Origin: Vicugna vicugna
Lineage: Eukaryota
Assembly: GCA_013265495.1 (NCBI GenBank)
Contig: MU058009.1
Coordinates: 3,179,780 to 3,243,779, forward strand
Reading direction: 5' to 3'
DNA length: 64,000 nucleotides
The translations under genes and the position numbers were made by a program. The number at the start of each line of letters is the position of its first letter. Position 1 is the first letter of the stretch. Below, piece after piece: positions 1-12,309 of the stretch. The notes below the pieces were generated by a model. It did not search any database. It was not told the origin of the DNA and saw only the letters and a program-made list of their open reading frames with translations.

Positions 1-989
1 ACTAAGGCGGCGGTGGGGCACACCCTGCGGCGCGGGGCAGTCATTAAGGAACAGGCATCCAGAAGCTCCCTCGTGTCTCTCTCCGTCCCTTCGACGGCTC
101 TCCAGCGTGTCACCGTGAGCGCGTGCGCACTGACGGCGGTGTCTGCGGGCAAGTGCTTCTCACACGGTGGTTATTGTCACCCTCACTGTCGAAACCCAAC
201 TAGAAACTTCAGTTTTTGCTGTTTAACAAAGAAATTCTGTTTGTTTCTTGATGACAAACGAGCAAAAACCACTTTGTATGAAAAGTCAGTGTGGGTTTCT
301 GATTCTCGTCCCCAGGAAGTCCTCATCCTCACCAGCCCCTGTTCCCTCATTCTGTGCTCAACTCCTCAGGGGCCAGTTTGCAGAAGGGGCCCTGCCCAGA
401 CCATACTGAGCTGCAGGTGTACGACCCCAATCTGCTCTTCTGTTCCGAACTCTCGAGTGAAGGTCCCCAAATCCCCCACAGGATAAATCCTCCACCAGCT
501 CTGTCTTTCCCGGAGACGCGACGATGGCTCTTTTGTACATTTGCAGGAGAAAAGAAATTTGAACATTTAAATAATAATGTAATTTTACAGGCATAATGGG
601 GTTAGTTTAGGGCAAACAACCCACCTCACATCATCTGCAGAAGAAATCTAATCTGTTTTGGAGTTCATTGGGGAACCAGAGAATATTTGATTTTATGAGG
701 GTATTAAGTTTTTATTGAATTACGTCTTTATTCAAAGCAATTCAGTCCATCTACTGAATGGGAAGTTTAACTCAGTGATCTCTGGGCTAGCAAAAATCAA
801 ACCACGACGAGACTCTTGATGAATCACTTCTTTTAACAAAGACTCTCTGGGGCCGGATTTTGGACATTCCCGGGGCTGAGTTGCTGGCGGCTCTTGGTTT
901 CTTCTCCAAGTAGCCAAAGCCAGCGTGCCCAGCGCCCTCGAGCGGCCCAAGCACAGGGGGATGACGCGTGGAAGGGGACTCAGGGACAC

Positions 990-1100
990 CAGGTTCCACT
1001 TACCATCTTGCCCCTGAGAGTTGAAGCTCCCCAGCTTCTCGGTTTTGCCATCTGCTAAAATAAGGCTATAAAGTTATTGGTGATTCCAAAATGCTGATCT
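990..1100 (+). mobile_element. MIR fragment
   Basis: ccacttacc..ctcggttttgccatctgctaaaataagg resembles the MIR core. Confidence 0.6.
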
Positions 1101-3575
1101 GATGTCTAGCTAGTTACTTAAAACCCTCTGGGGGAGACTGTCAAACATAGATGCTTCTTAGCATAAGTCTGGCAACAACTCCGCTGTGCGTCCGTAGGGG
1201 CTGGTTGAATGAGTTCTGGTCCATCCGAGCAGAGGTGCCTGTTAAAGAGCACGAAGTGCGTCTGCACGTCCATGCAGAGGAAGACCCCGAAGTGACGCTA
1301 GTGAGTGAAGACAGCCAGGCGCAGAGTGGCGTGTGTGGCAGAGCTGCGCTGGCGCGAGGAGGACTGGGCACCCGGGGTGGGGACCTGCTGTCCGTGTGGG
1401 TCTCCTGACGGGCGCGCGAGGAGCCGTGAGCGGCGGCGGTCTGCGGCCGCGAACGGCACGGCGCGCTCCGGGTGTTCTCGCTAACGTCAGCGGTCCTGTT
1501 GCCAGTTAAGGGCCTGTCCTGAGGTCTCATCTCCTTGTGTCCTTCGACACGTGTCTGTTCATGTGCGATCACAGGCAGCGCACTTGGTGCCCTGGGAAGA
1601 ACCCGCACCTGCGTCTCATCGTCCCCTGGTGAGCGGTCTGTGCGTCCCTGGAGCTCAGGGCTCGTGTCCTGTAAGTGGGGCGGGGGGCCGAGAATAAAAC
1701 ACAGTTCCATCTTAACTCACACGGAGTGCTTGCTGTTGTCTAGGGAGGGAGGCAGACCCCCAGAAACACACTCACACCGGAAGACGAGTCAAGGCCACAA
1801 GGGAACTCCCCGCAGACGCCTGAGCACACGGTCCTCGCTGGCACTTTGTCCTGCGGGGACTGGAGACGAGAAGCCGCCCTGGGGACGTTCTGTGACCTCG
1901 TGTGAGAGAGAAAGGACACTTGCACGAAACAGCCGGAGAAGAACATGGGCCACGAGTGAGATCTGTTGCTTCCATCGTATGGAGCTCACTTAAAAATATT
2001 ACTCACCTGAAACCCAAGAGAACCAGACTCGGCAAAGAAAGTCAGACCCGAGTCCCCGGCCACACCTGCCCTGAGCGGTGGCGTAAAGGGTGACACGGTG
2101 TCCCCAGTTCCTTGGCAGCGATGACATCTATAACTCCGTGGCCTCTTGAGTCCAAACAAGAAACTTTTCCCCCAACACCCGACTCCTGCCTGCTCAGTGG
2201 AGTCTCCATTCCAAGTCAGGACTTTGACAGTCGCGGGTGACTCCCGTGCACGGAATTCCCCAATGGTAAAGCCAGGGAGGAGGCCCTGCCCTGAGTCGGC
2301 GCCATTGTCTTCCCTGGGTCCGCCCTGTCTGGGCAGTGCCCCGGAGGGGACTCAGCCGGGGCACCCAGGTGGCTGTCTGGCTGGCCCGTCACAAAAGCCC
2401 CAGTGAGTGTGGGGACCGGCACGGGACAGGGGCTTCAGGCAGGTCAGACTTGACGCTCGTCTTGACCCCTTGGCAGCCTGAGTCTGATAAAGGCGTGATT
2501 GAGCCCAGATTTCCTCCTGACAGCTTAACTGATGGCTCTAATTAGGGGGCTGCGCTGGGGGTGTGGAGATACATAGACGCCATTGTAGGGAGGCTAAACG
2601 CCAGAAAGGTCAAGGCCAAAACACGGTATGAAAGGAGCTCAAAGTTTTCCAATACGTAGGAGCAGCGAGTCTGGAGGGAGGCGAGTTTACTGAGCGTGAG
2701 CGAGTCCGCCCGACCCTCTACAAGGACCGTCTCTGCGGCCAAAAGTCCATCTTCACGTTGTGGCTTCAGCGCCGTCAAGGTGGAGTCTGAGAGGTCGTCT
2801 GTGGAAGATCGCAGAAGCCAATGGACTTTCTTCTCTTCTCCAGGAACCATTTTCCCCCCACAAATAATGGTGATGATGGTGACAATCATCCAAACACATA
2901 CATAGATTTTTCATATAAAATTGAGTCAACATTTGTCAGGTCTGTTTATACTTTATTGCCAAAATGATGATTACTGAGAGTGGCTTGAAGCCCAAGACAC
3001 TTTGTGAGACTTTTTAGGCCTTTTCCTTAGAAGCTAGAAGTCCCAGTGTGCCAGCCAGAATAAGACCCAGCTTATGATGATCAAAAGCACTGTGAGTAAT
3101 GGCACCAATGTTCTCAGAAAGGAAAACAACAGCTCACGGTTTGGACGGAAACCGCAGGAGCTGGTTAGTGAGACTCCCAGCCACGTAGGGGTGATCGGCC
3201 GGACTCGGAAGCATTCTTACCTGGTCTCCACACCAGTGAGTTCATTTCCTGGTGAGCTTGGTAAAGCAGACATCTCGAAGGAGAGTCGCTAATCAGAGCG
3301 TCAGATAGCCCTGGGCTTGGAGGGGGTTCGGGGGCCACAGTGTCCAAAGCTTGCGTCGTGTGTCTGATATCCCCGCCAAGCCGCTGACCCTCCTCTGCTG
3401 GGAGGAGCCTGCTGATCGGAAGTTCTGCCTGTGCACACGGCCGACGCCAGTGTGGACAGCCACGAGATTTAAAACCTTTTCCTAATAATGGAGCCAAACG
3501 CTGTTTCTTACTACCTCCCACTGACCGGGCCTGCCGTACCCCTTGGCATCACACAGAACATGGCTAAGCCCCTGC

Positions 3576-3593
3576 TGTGTGTGTGTGTGTGTG
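3576..3593. repeat. (TG)9 microsatellite
   Basis: Directly visible. Confidence 0.9.
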
Positions 3594-4864
3594 ACCAAGA
3601 CTGTCCACATGAGTTGCAGGGCCCAGTGGAAGATGAAAACGTGCTGAAAGTTATTAAGAATTTCAAGGTGATGACAGCAGGGCATCGAGCCACGCGTGGG
3701 CCTGCGTGGCTGTCCAGGTGAGCACACCTGTATGTAACTGTCCTGTTTCGTTTCTGAATGACTTTGCGAGGTGGACTGCAGACAGAACGGGACGTGTCTC
3801 CTCCACTTTGTGTTCAGTTCTTTCTCTGTCTTCCTCCCTGCAGATCCCATAGAATGTTCAGGTCATTTTCAGATACTCAGGAGTTCAGTGCTGTCTTCGG
3901 TCAAAATCCAAGCTTGCGTCTGCTCACTGCCCGGCCTGGCGGGGCCGGGAGCCCTGCAGAGACCTGCGTCTCTCCTGCGTCTCCCTGGTGGCCTCCGTGT
4001 CTTCCTCACTCTGCAGGTCGTGTCGGCCCCTTCGGGGAGCGAGGCGGTGGTGGAGAAGGTCTCCCTGCTTGACGGTACAGATGCGACTGGGCGCAAGCGC
4101 CCTCTGTGCTGAGACCCCAGGGCTCCTCTTCCTCCCAAGGGGCCCCCCTGGGTTCCTTGGAGCCCCTCCCACTGGGGACAGCCACCTGCGGTTTTCTGGT
4201 GTGGGTGTCGCCGTCCTCCCAGCCCACGGCTGGCGTTCACCTCGGTCCTCTTCTGCTGACGTCGCCCACCCTGCACCGCCCCCACTCCAGGGGCCCCCTT
4301 GGATAGAGGGGCTTCCAAGCCATGGAAATGAGGCATCAAGCCGGGGTTCTCCCTTAGGGTCTGTGTTCGGACCTGGGGAAACCTGTCTTTCCTTCCCGCC
4401 TTTGGTACGATTCACCCCAACTCAGTTTTCTCTTCCATCTGCCAACACAGCCCTCCCCGACCCCAAGCCAGGGACGGCTTCCTTCCTTCAGACTTTCTTC
4501 CAGATGTGAGTCAGAAGCCAGTTCCACACTCTTCCCCAACCCGAGGGACGTGTGTCCAAGCCGCTGGGAGCGTCTCGCAAGCTCATCCAGGCTGGCCTGA
4601 GCAGCGGAGAGCTCGGAGGGCACTCCACCCAGGGCTGTTCCAGAGACGCCTCCCCTCTGTGGCTCCTTCCTAGGGGAGCCTTCGCCTTCCCTGCCATCTG
4701 GAAGGCGGCGAGAGGCCAATGCCACATGGGGAATTCCCTGAGCCTCTGTCTAGGTCTGGGGTGCTGACGCCTGCTGCACGGGGCGAGAGGCTGGCAGGAG
4801 CCGGGGCGGTAAGGTCGTCCCACCTAGAGCCCTGCGGCACACGCGCTGCCCTGCGCAGCCTGGG

Positions 4865-5210
4865 GCCCCGTGGACTGAGGGCCCCAGTTCGCATGTTGAA
4901 GCCCTGCGCACCCCCCATGTGACTGTATTTGGGGGTGGGCTTATCACAGAAGTAATCAGGGTCAGATGAGGTCATAAGGGTGGGGACATGATCCAGTAGG
5001 ATTAGTGTCCTTGTAAGAAGAGGCGACAGGGCTCTCTGTCTCTGCCGTGGGAGGACACGTTAGAAGGCGGCTGTCTGCAAGCCCGGAAGGGCGCCCTCGC
5101 CAGGAGCCAGACCTGCCAGCACCTGGTCCTGGACTTCCAGCCCCTGGGAGCGTGAGGAGTGACTGACACTGCCGAGGTCACCCAGTCTGCGGGGGCTGTC
5201 CCCAGCTGAC
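4865..5210 (+). mobile_element. MaLR solo LTR (MLT1A/B-like)
   Basis: atgtgactgtatttgg..gatgaggtcataagggtgggg..gtccttgtaagaagagg..ggacttccagcc matches the MLT1 consensus. Confidence 0.85.
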
Positions 5211-5729
5211 AGGGAAAAGGACTCCGCTCGTTCCCCAGTGCTGCCCTCTTGGATGTGGGCATCTTCCGTCTCTTCACCCTCCCCCAGGAGACCCGAATGT
5301 GCTCGCTCGCCTCTCGGAATGGAATCTAGTTTGTTCACAGAGCGGAGTCGCACCTGCCACAGGGACCGAGCTGCAGCACGAGGTGGAAACTGGATGCACC
5401 TGTCAGTCTTGGAACGCACTGTGATCTCTCGTGAAGTGGAAGGATGGGGCGCGAGGTACGGGCGGGGGACAGGCGTGGCTGGGCGCATGGACGGACGGCA
5501 GGGCTGCTCTCTTCTCAGCCTCTTTCGGGGGGCGCTTTTCACTTGTTCAGTTACCGTCTGACTTTCCCTGTTTCAGCCTCCACGCTGCGTGCCTGGACGG
5601 CGGGTGCGGAGTTCACACTGACAACTCTCTTCATCGCCTTTTCTTCCGATTCAGCCCTTTGTTCCCACATCCATTGATGTATTCAGAACTACTTACTGAT
5701 CTTAAAGCCTCTCCTCACACGATCTTGAC

Positions 5730-6000
5730 TAATTAAAAGGGGAAAACAGTACCTGCATGGTGGAGAAACCTGGCAGACACCAGCGACCGCAGGTGGCATC
5801 TCAGCAACAAGTCAGTGAGCACCATGCCCCGCCTGGGAGGACGCACTGAGGACACGGCGAGACTGTCACATTCTCGCTCAAAATGCACATCCTCCACCTG
5901 ACCTTGAGAAAACACCGGGCAGACCCAGCTGAGGAACAGTCTATAACTACTAACCAGAACTCTTCAAAAGCATCTACGTGGTGAAGGACAAAGACCGCGG
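5730..6000 (+). mobile_element. Old L1 3' fragment (L1MC/L1ME-type)
   Basis: gtggagaaacctggcagacacc..aaaatgcac..ctcttcaaaa..gacaaag motifs. Confidence 0.65.
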
Positions 6001-6089
6001 AGTTATCTCACAGCTGGGTGGGGACTAAGGAGACGTTTCGGCTGAATGCGACGTGGGGTCTTGGGTGGGATTCTGGGTCTGATCCTGAG

Positions 6090-6815
6090 CCGACTCTGCT
6101 GTGTGTATGTGTTTCCCGCACCACCCAGCGATTGCCTCCGTTCTGACACTGCCTGCCTGGGGACAGTTAAGCCCGACAGGACTGCCCCCACCCCCTTCAG
6201 ATGCCACTTGCAAAGCCGGGTTGTCCCCTGTGCCTCAGCCCTACAGGCTGTAGACTGAAGGCTGCCAGGACCCCCTCCTCAGGTCCCATTAATTTGCTAG
6301 AGCGGCTCTCAGAACTCAGAGAAGCACTGACTTGTGTTTGCTGAGTTAGCATAGAAGGTTGTCACGTGACTCGGGAACAGTCAGGTGGGAGAGACGCAGC
6401 AGGTAAGATACGGGGAAAGGGCGAGCATCTCCGGCGCGCCCTGAGCCCCCGCCGCCCCCAGGTCTCCACGTGGTCACCAACACAGAGGCTCTCCTAGCCC
6501 CGGCCTTCTGGGGTTCTGTGAAGGCTTCGTTACCTGGGCGTGGCTGATTAAACCCCTGGCCCAACCCCTCCCCCTCCCGGGAGTTACGGGTGGGGGTGGA
6601 ATGAAAGTGACCACCCTGGAATCGGATCACAAGGTCGGTCCCCTGGCCACCAGTCCCCTTTCTTAGGTGACCTAGGGGCTTTTCAAAAGTCACCTCATTA
6701 ACCTGGCAAGAGATACTTTCTACTGCTGTCGTAACAGAAAGTCCCAAGGCTTTAGGAGCGCTGAGCTGGGAATGGGGACCAAGACCGAGTATATATTTAG
6801 TATCACAAATCACAC
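6090..6815. mobile_element. MER21-like LTR
   Basis: ttaatttgctagagcggctctcagaactcagaga..ggcttcgttac..gattaaacc..gaccgagtatatattt..atcaca match MER21 consensus blocks as recalled. Confidence 0.75.
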
Positions 6816-8876
6816 TGCACAGTGGGAAGCTGGTGACGTTCAAATGAGGCCTGTGGGTCAGTTAAGAGCCCTGGGTCAACGATCACAGCCTCCTTTCAAT
6901 CACTTCACTCCGATTTTATAAGATTTCAACCCAAGGCGATCTCCAGGCTGGGGGGACAGCAGTGGCAGGACCTGCACGCCCTCAGGGGCTCGGCGCTGGG
7001 TCTGCAGATGGAGGGGAGACGCAGGTCTAGGAGGGACGGAAGGTAGGAGGGGGGTGTGGACGCGGTACCAGGCGGGCATCCAGGGGGCGGGCAGCGCCGG
7101 GAGTGACGTCTGAGGTGAGCCCGAAGGCGGGCAGGGGCTCTCCGAGCAGAAGGCGGGCGTCGGTGGGGGCAGGCCTGGGGGCCGTCTGGGCGGAGGGGGC
7201 GATCTGTGCTGAGGCATTTGCTTTGGGGGTGGGTTCGCCCCGCGTGTGCTGGGGGCCGGTGGGTGGCTGCGTGCGGCCTCAGGGGCTGACGGCGGCGTGT
7301 TTCCGGAGGAGAACACAGGAGGGGAGCAGGACCAGTTCACGGGAGGCCCTGTAAGGCCCTGCTGAGGATTTGGGTGTGGGGAGGGGGTCCCACCAGGGCT
7401 CTGAGGTGAGCGCTGAGCCCTCGTGCAAGCGCTCCGGCTGCGAGGGGCGGACGGATGGGGGGCAAGGCCAGGCTCGGAGGGACGGGAGAGGCTGAGAGGT
7501 CACGCAGGTGGGAGGCCGTGGCCTGAGTGGGCCCAGAGGTCAGCGGGTGGTCAGCGCCTCCGTGAGTCCCTCCCGCCCTCAGAGGAGGAAGGGGATGGAC
7601 CTGGTGCCCCCGTGAGTGTGTTCCGTGCTGGACACCTGACCCGCGCCATCGCCCTGTGCCTGTAGGCCGCATCTGTGAGCTGCAAGGTCACCCCCATTCC
7701 ACTCGTAGGCTCCGTGGTTGACCCCAGGCCCAGGGGGCTCAACGCCCAAGGTCTGTGTGACCCCAGAGCTCGTCCTGTCTTCACAGTAAAACATCACAGG
7801 GAACCCGACACATCACCAGGTCCACCAGGAGGAAACCCGTCTGTCTGGCGCCGCCGGGGGCAGTCACACGCCGCGCGAGTCGGGGGTCCTCCTCACCTGG
7901 CTGAGCGCGGGGCGCACGGGCACGAGGTGTGTCCCGCCTCCTCTCACGCGCGCTCCTGTTAAGGGTTTACTGGGTGGTCTCTGTTCCTCACTCCGACTGT
8001 GCACAGGTGTCCTTTTCCACACTCAGCTGTGTTTCGTGTTCACCTGAAGTCGAGGTTCAGGGTTTTTCATAAGATGTTCTTGGATGATCAGCTGAAGAGA
8101 TCCCAAAGGCAGAACATTCAAAACAAACTGGGCCTCTGATGATGCAACTTCACGTCAGAGTTAAGTCTGTAAATACTTCCTGGGGTGGCTCCTCCTGTCT
8201 GCACAGGGTCATCCTAACGTCTTGGTTTTTTAAGTGAGGGTCTCACTGTTTACTCTCCGGACTCTCTGAGCTCTGACCCTTCAGCTCCGTGTAGCCACCA
8301 ACAAAGCCCTTGTTCCCTCTGGTCTGTGAACCTCCCTCCTGGGCGACATGACGTCATTTCCCAGATGTTTCCATCACTCAGCCTTCTGGAGGCCCTGAGC
8401 GGTCTCTCTCTGTGGAGCCCCCACCCCCGCCTTCTGAGTCTCAGAAAGGACCACCTTCACCCAAGCTTAGGGGGTCCCCACATCTCCCCGTGAAGGACAC
8501 AGATGCAGGCCACTGGCCTTTGCCCGGCTTGGTAACAGCACTTACTGATTTAGTCTTCATGAGATGATGGGACCCTGGCCTCCCCCAACCCCGGATGCAG
8601 ACATACAATCGTGCGTTCCTTGGGGACCAAGCCACTTAAGAAGAGAAGGGCTCGGAGAACATTTTACTCCTTCTAACTGGGATATGTATCACCAGGAAGC
8701 ACGGCCCTGGCTGTGTCGCCAGGCTTTCTGGGTTGTTTCAGCCAGACCTCAGGGCTGGGATGATCGCTCTGAGTTCTTCAGCCAGTCACAGGGATGCGTG
8801 ACAAAGCAGGACATCCCACCATGGTCTGGGCAGGTCCCAGGAAGGAGGAGAAACCCATATGAACCCAAAGGAATAG

Positions 8877-9790
8877 TTTTCTTTTTAACTGAAGCACAGT
8901 TGATGAATAATATTGTGTTAGTTTCTGGTGTACAGCACAGTGATTCAAGTGTACACATATTTATATTCTTTTTCACATTCTTTCCCATTATAGGTTATTA
9001 CAAGGTATTGAATATACTTCCGTGTGCTACACAGTAGGACCTTGTTAATCTATTCCGTATATAGTAGTTTGTATCTGCTATTTCCAAACTCCCAAATGAT
9101 CCCTTCCCTCCTTCTCCTTTGGTAACCATACATTTGTTTTCTATTGTCTGTGAGTCAGTTTCTGTTTTGTAAATACGTTCATTTGTATCTTTTTTTTAGA
9201 TTCCACATATCAGTGATATCACGTGATATTTGTCTTTCTCTGTCTGATTTACTTCACTTAATATGGTAACCTCTAGGTCCATCTGTGATGCTGCAAATGG
9301 CATTATTTCATTCTTTTTCATGGCTGAGTAGTATTCCATGATAGAAATATACCACATCTTCATTATCCAGTCATCTGTTACTGTACATTTTGGTTGCTTC
9401 CATTCCATTTTGGCTGGCTATTGGAAATAATGCTGCTGTGAACACCAGGGTGCATGCATCTTTCCAAATTAGAGTTTTCTCTGGATATATGCCCAGGAGT
9501 AGGATTGCTGGGTCATATGGTAAGTCTGTTTTCAGGTTTCTAAGGAATCTCTTTAAAAATCTCATACCATTCTCCATAATGGCTGCACCAACCTCCACTC
9601 CCACCAGCAGTGTAGGAGGGTCCCCTTTCTCCTCACCCTCTCCCACATCTGTCATTTGTGGGCTTTTTATTGATGGCCATTCTGACCAGTGTGAGGTGAC
9701 GCTTCGCTGGAGTTTTGATTTGCATCTCTGATAATCAGCGACACTGAGCATCCTTTCCTGTGCCCCGTGGCCGCCCGGCTGTCTTCCAGA
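8877..9790 (-). mobile_element. 5'-truncated LINE-1 (ORF2 C-terminus + 3'UTR), L1MA-like
   Basis: ORFs 9196..9408 (WKQPKC..DWIMKMWYI..MEYYSAMKKNEIMPFAA..DLE..ILSEV.QTEKDKYH) and part of 9371..9907 (LPYDPAILLLGIYPE) match the L1 ORF2 tail; typical L1 3'UTR follows. Confidence 0.95.
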
Positions 9791-12309
9791 CTTTTGATGG
9801 TGGGAACCATCAGCGCCGTGTTTTTTGGGGGTGAAAAGCTGTGCACACGAGGCTCCTGTTCTGTTCTTTTGTGCTGCAGACTCTTCAGAATTTTCTGTCG
9901 CCTCCACGTAGTTTGGTCCAGGTGGGGCTATTTCGAGGAAATTTGATGTTTAGTGGTGAATAAAACACGGCTTTCTCAAGGCAAACATTCGCTTTCTTGG
10001 ATACCAGGTGTTCAAATGTGAGTAAGAGGCCTGCCTCGGAGCAGTCTGGACTCTAGCAGAGAGAGACACGGTTTACGGTAAACAGATGATCCCCGTAAAG
10101 CTCATTCCTCGAGCGACTGCATCGTGGGAAAGCGTTTTGATGGCGCAGGGGAAAGAGCACCTGCGTTCTAGGCTCAGGGACCACGTCCTGCAGGCTTGTT
10201 AAAAGCAGCCTGACTCCTCTGCCAAAGGTAAGGTGGGCGGTGCGGCGTGGAAGGAGGGCAGGGCTGGTGGGCAACTGTCCCCCCGTGCAGGACCCTCACC
10301 GCCGCAGCCGGGATGGCCCAGGCAGGCCCAGCGTCGTCCCCTGGGGAGGGGAACAGAGAAGCCAGGTCGGGGATGCCTTGGGCCCTCCCGTTTTTATAAT
10401 AAGCGTCTGTTCTAAGTAGTCGGGGTTCTTCGTTTAAAGGCCCCCTTTCTTTTCCTGGGCCACAAGAAGTGTGCTTACTTTGGGCTATTTATAGTGAGAG
10501 CTTCGAGGTCTGCTTTGGGTAACACATTACACCTCATTTGCTCTTCCAAACAAACGCAACGCTTCAGCGAAGGCCTCGAGCAGAAGAGGGACTTGAGACG
10601 CTGTCGCCGCCTGTTCCCTCTCTCCGCTCGCTCTCCTCCTCCTGTGCCAGTACCTTCCCTGCAATGCTTCTGGAGATGCCGCGAGGAGCCCGTCTGGTCC
10701 GGAGGACTCTGTTCCCGGGTCCAAGCAGCAGCCCCAAGGGCCCCGAGCAAGCCCACTCAGCCCCCCTGAGGGGGTCCTCCACTGTGACGACAATAATAGT
10801 ACAATAGCGATGGTGACAACACTTTGCTTTGTTCAGAAGCGTTTCAAGTGCTTCACCCGTATTAGTTAACGTCGTGTGCTGGGAAGGCAGCTACACCCAG
10901 CCTGGAGTTGATTTCCAAAAGCCATCAGGCTGCAGGAATTCTGTTTGTCACAGGATTTGTAAAAATGTGTCTCCCTTTCGGGGTCTGTTTCCCCGCTCCT
11001 GCCTCTGGATGAACCTCAGTGTCGGCAGAAATGCATTTACGATCTCTCTCTTTATGGACTGAACAGGAGAGTTGAAACAGAGGCTCTCTTTAGTCCCAAC
11101 ACACAGCATCACGTTTACAGAAACCCATCTCTCTGTTGTATTTTTCAGATGCTTTTTCCTTCTCTGCACCAGTCAAATCACAAGAACAGGCAAAGCTTCG
11201 GGCAGATGAGGGACCACACGGAAGTTTCAAAAGTTGTGCCAAAGCGTCCGTGGCGGAGCTGAGATGTGACCTTCGAGAACGTGCAGGGCAAACAGCTGGC
11301 CGATTCTCCTCTGCAGCGGCGACCGCTTTCTTGTGAAGAACAGAAGGAGTGGGATGAGCTGGACAGCCTGTTGGTCCCTGAAAGCAGAGGCCAGAGTGCT
11401 GGCCGCTTGGGTGCCTTCAGCACGGAGCCTGGTGGGACCTCGCCGCATATCTGTTCACCTGCACGTTGACGAGTCTGCAAGGGAAAGAATCAAAGTAAAG
11501 ACCACGGGTTCTGACCGTCCCACACGCAGAAACATGAGGCAGGGGATGCTGTCAGTAGAGGGTCCCCTTTCTATCACTGGGACCCCGGGGTCCCAGTGCC
11601 CTCCCGACTACCCAGGGCCAGGGTGCCCTTACAGAGCGTCTGTTTTCCAGGAAGCAGCTGGTACTCCCACCTTCCTATTCCTTATGTATTTTATAGAGGC
11701 TTGGAAGGGAGTCGAAACAGGTGGAAGCCGTGTGCGCCAGCGTCAGACACACCTGAGCCCCTTTTCCGGCTCTCACCCGCTGTGTGATCCTGGGCAGCTT
11801 GCTCAGTAGCTCGGAGCCTGTTCTGTATCTGCAGCCTCCTCAGAAGAGTCCTGGGCAGAGATGGGGGACACGGGGTCTCTGCTCATCGCAGCCACGCAGG
11901 ACTCAGGCTGAGCCCGAAGGAAATGCGAGCTCCCGAGGGTCCCTTGTTGGCAGTTCAAATGGGCAGCCGGCTCACTTACGTCTGATGGGCTGGGACCAGC
12001 CACACGGTGCCTCCCACCCACCACAAAGCGTTCGGGAGTGCAGTCCGCACAGGCGCCGGGAAGGCGGAGAGCACGGCATGCTTGGCAGTGAGCGCGACGC
12101 GGGGACCGGCCGGCGCTCCGGTGGACGAGCGCCCAGGGTCGCCTCCGCGCTGCCCGTGTCTTAGTTTGGGTCTGTTGTATATGAAATATTGTATATGTAT
12201 TATTTTAGTATTTTCAGGAGTGTTTGTGGCTGATAAGTCACTGACATACTACGTTCTCCTTTTCAGAAGTGCTCAAGGTTGAAGAGGAGAGCCTTGGAGA
12301 TGAGGTATT

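Noticed and set aside
1004-1051. Perfect-looking 48-nt minus-strand exon (ttttagcag|ATGGCAAAACC...CAAGATG|gtaagt)
   Set aside because: Both splice signals come from MIR consensus motifs (ttttacagatg.. and ctagtaagtgg), so they are expected without any gene.
11271-11377. RRIGQLFALH resembling the PI3K helical-domain RIGHFFFWH
   Set aside because: Only a short motif matches; flanking residues do not, and there are no kinase exons nearby.
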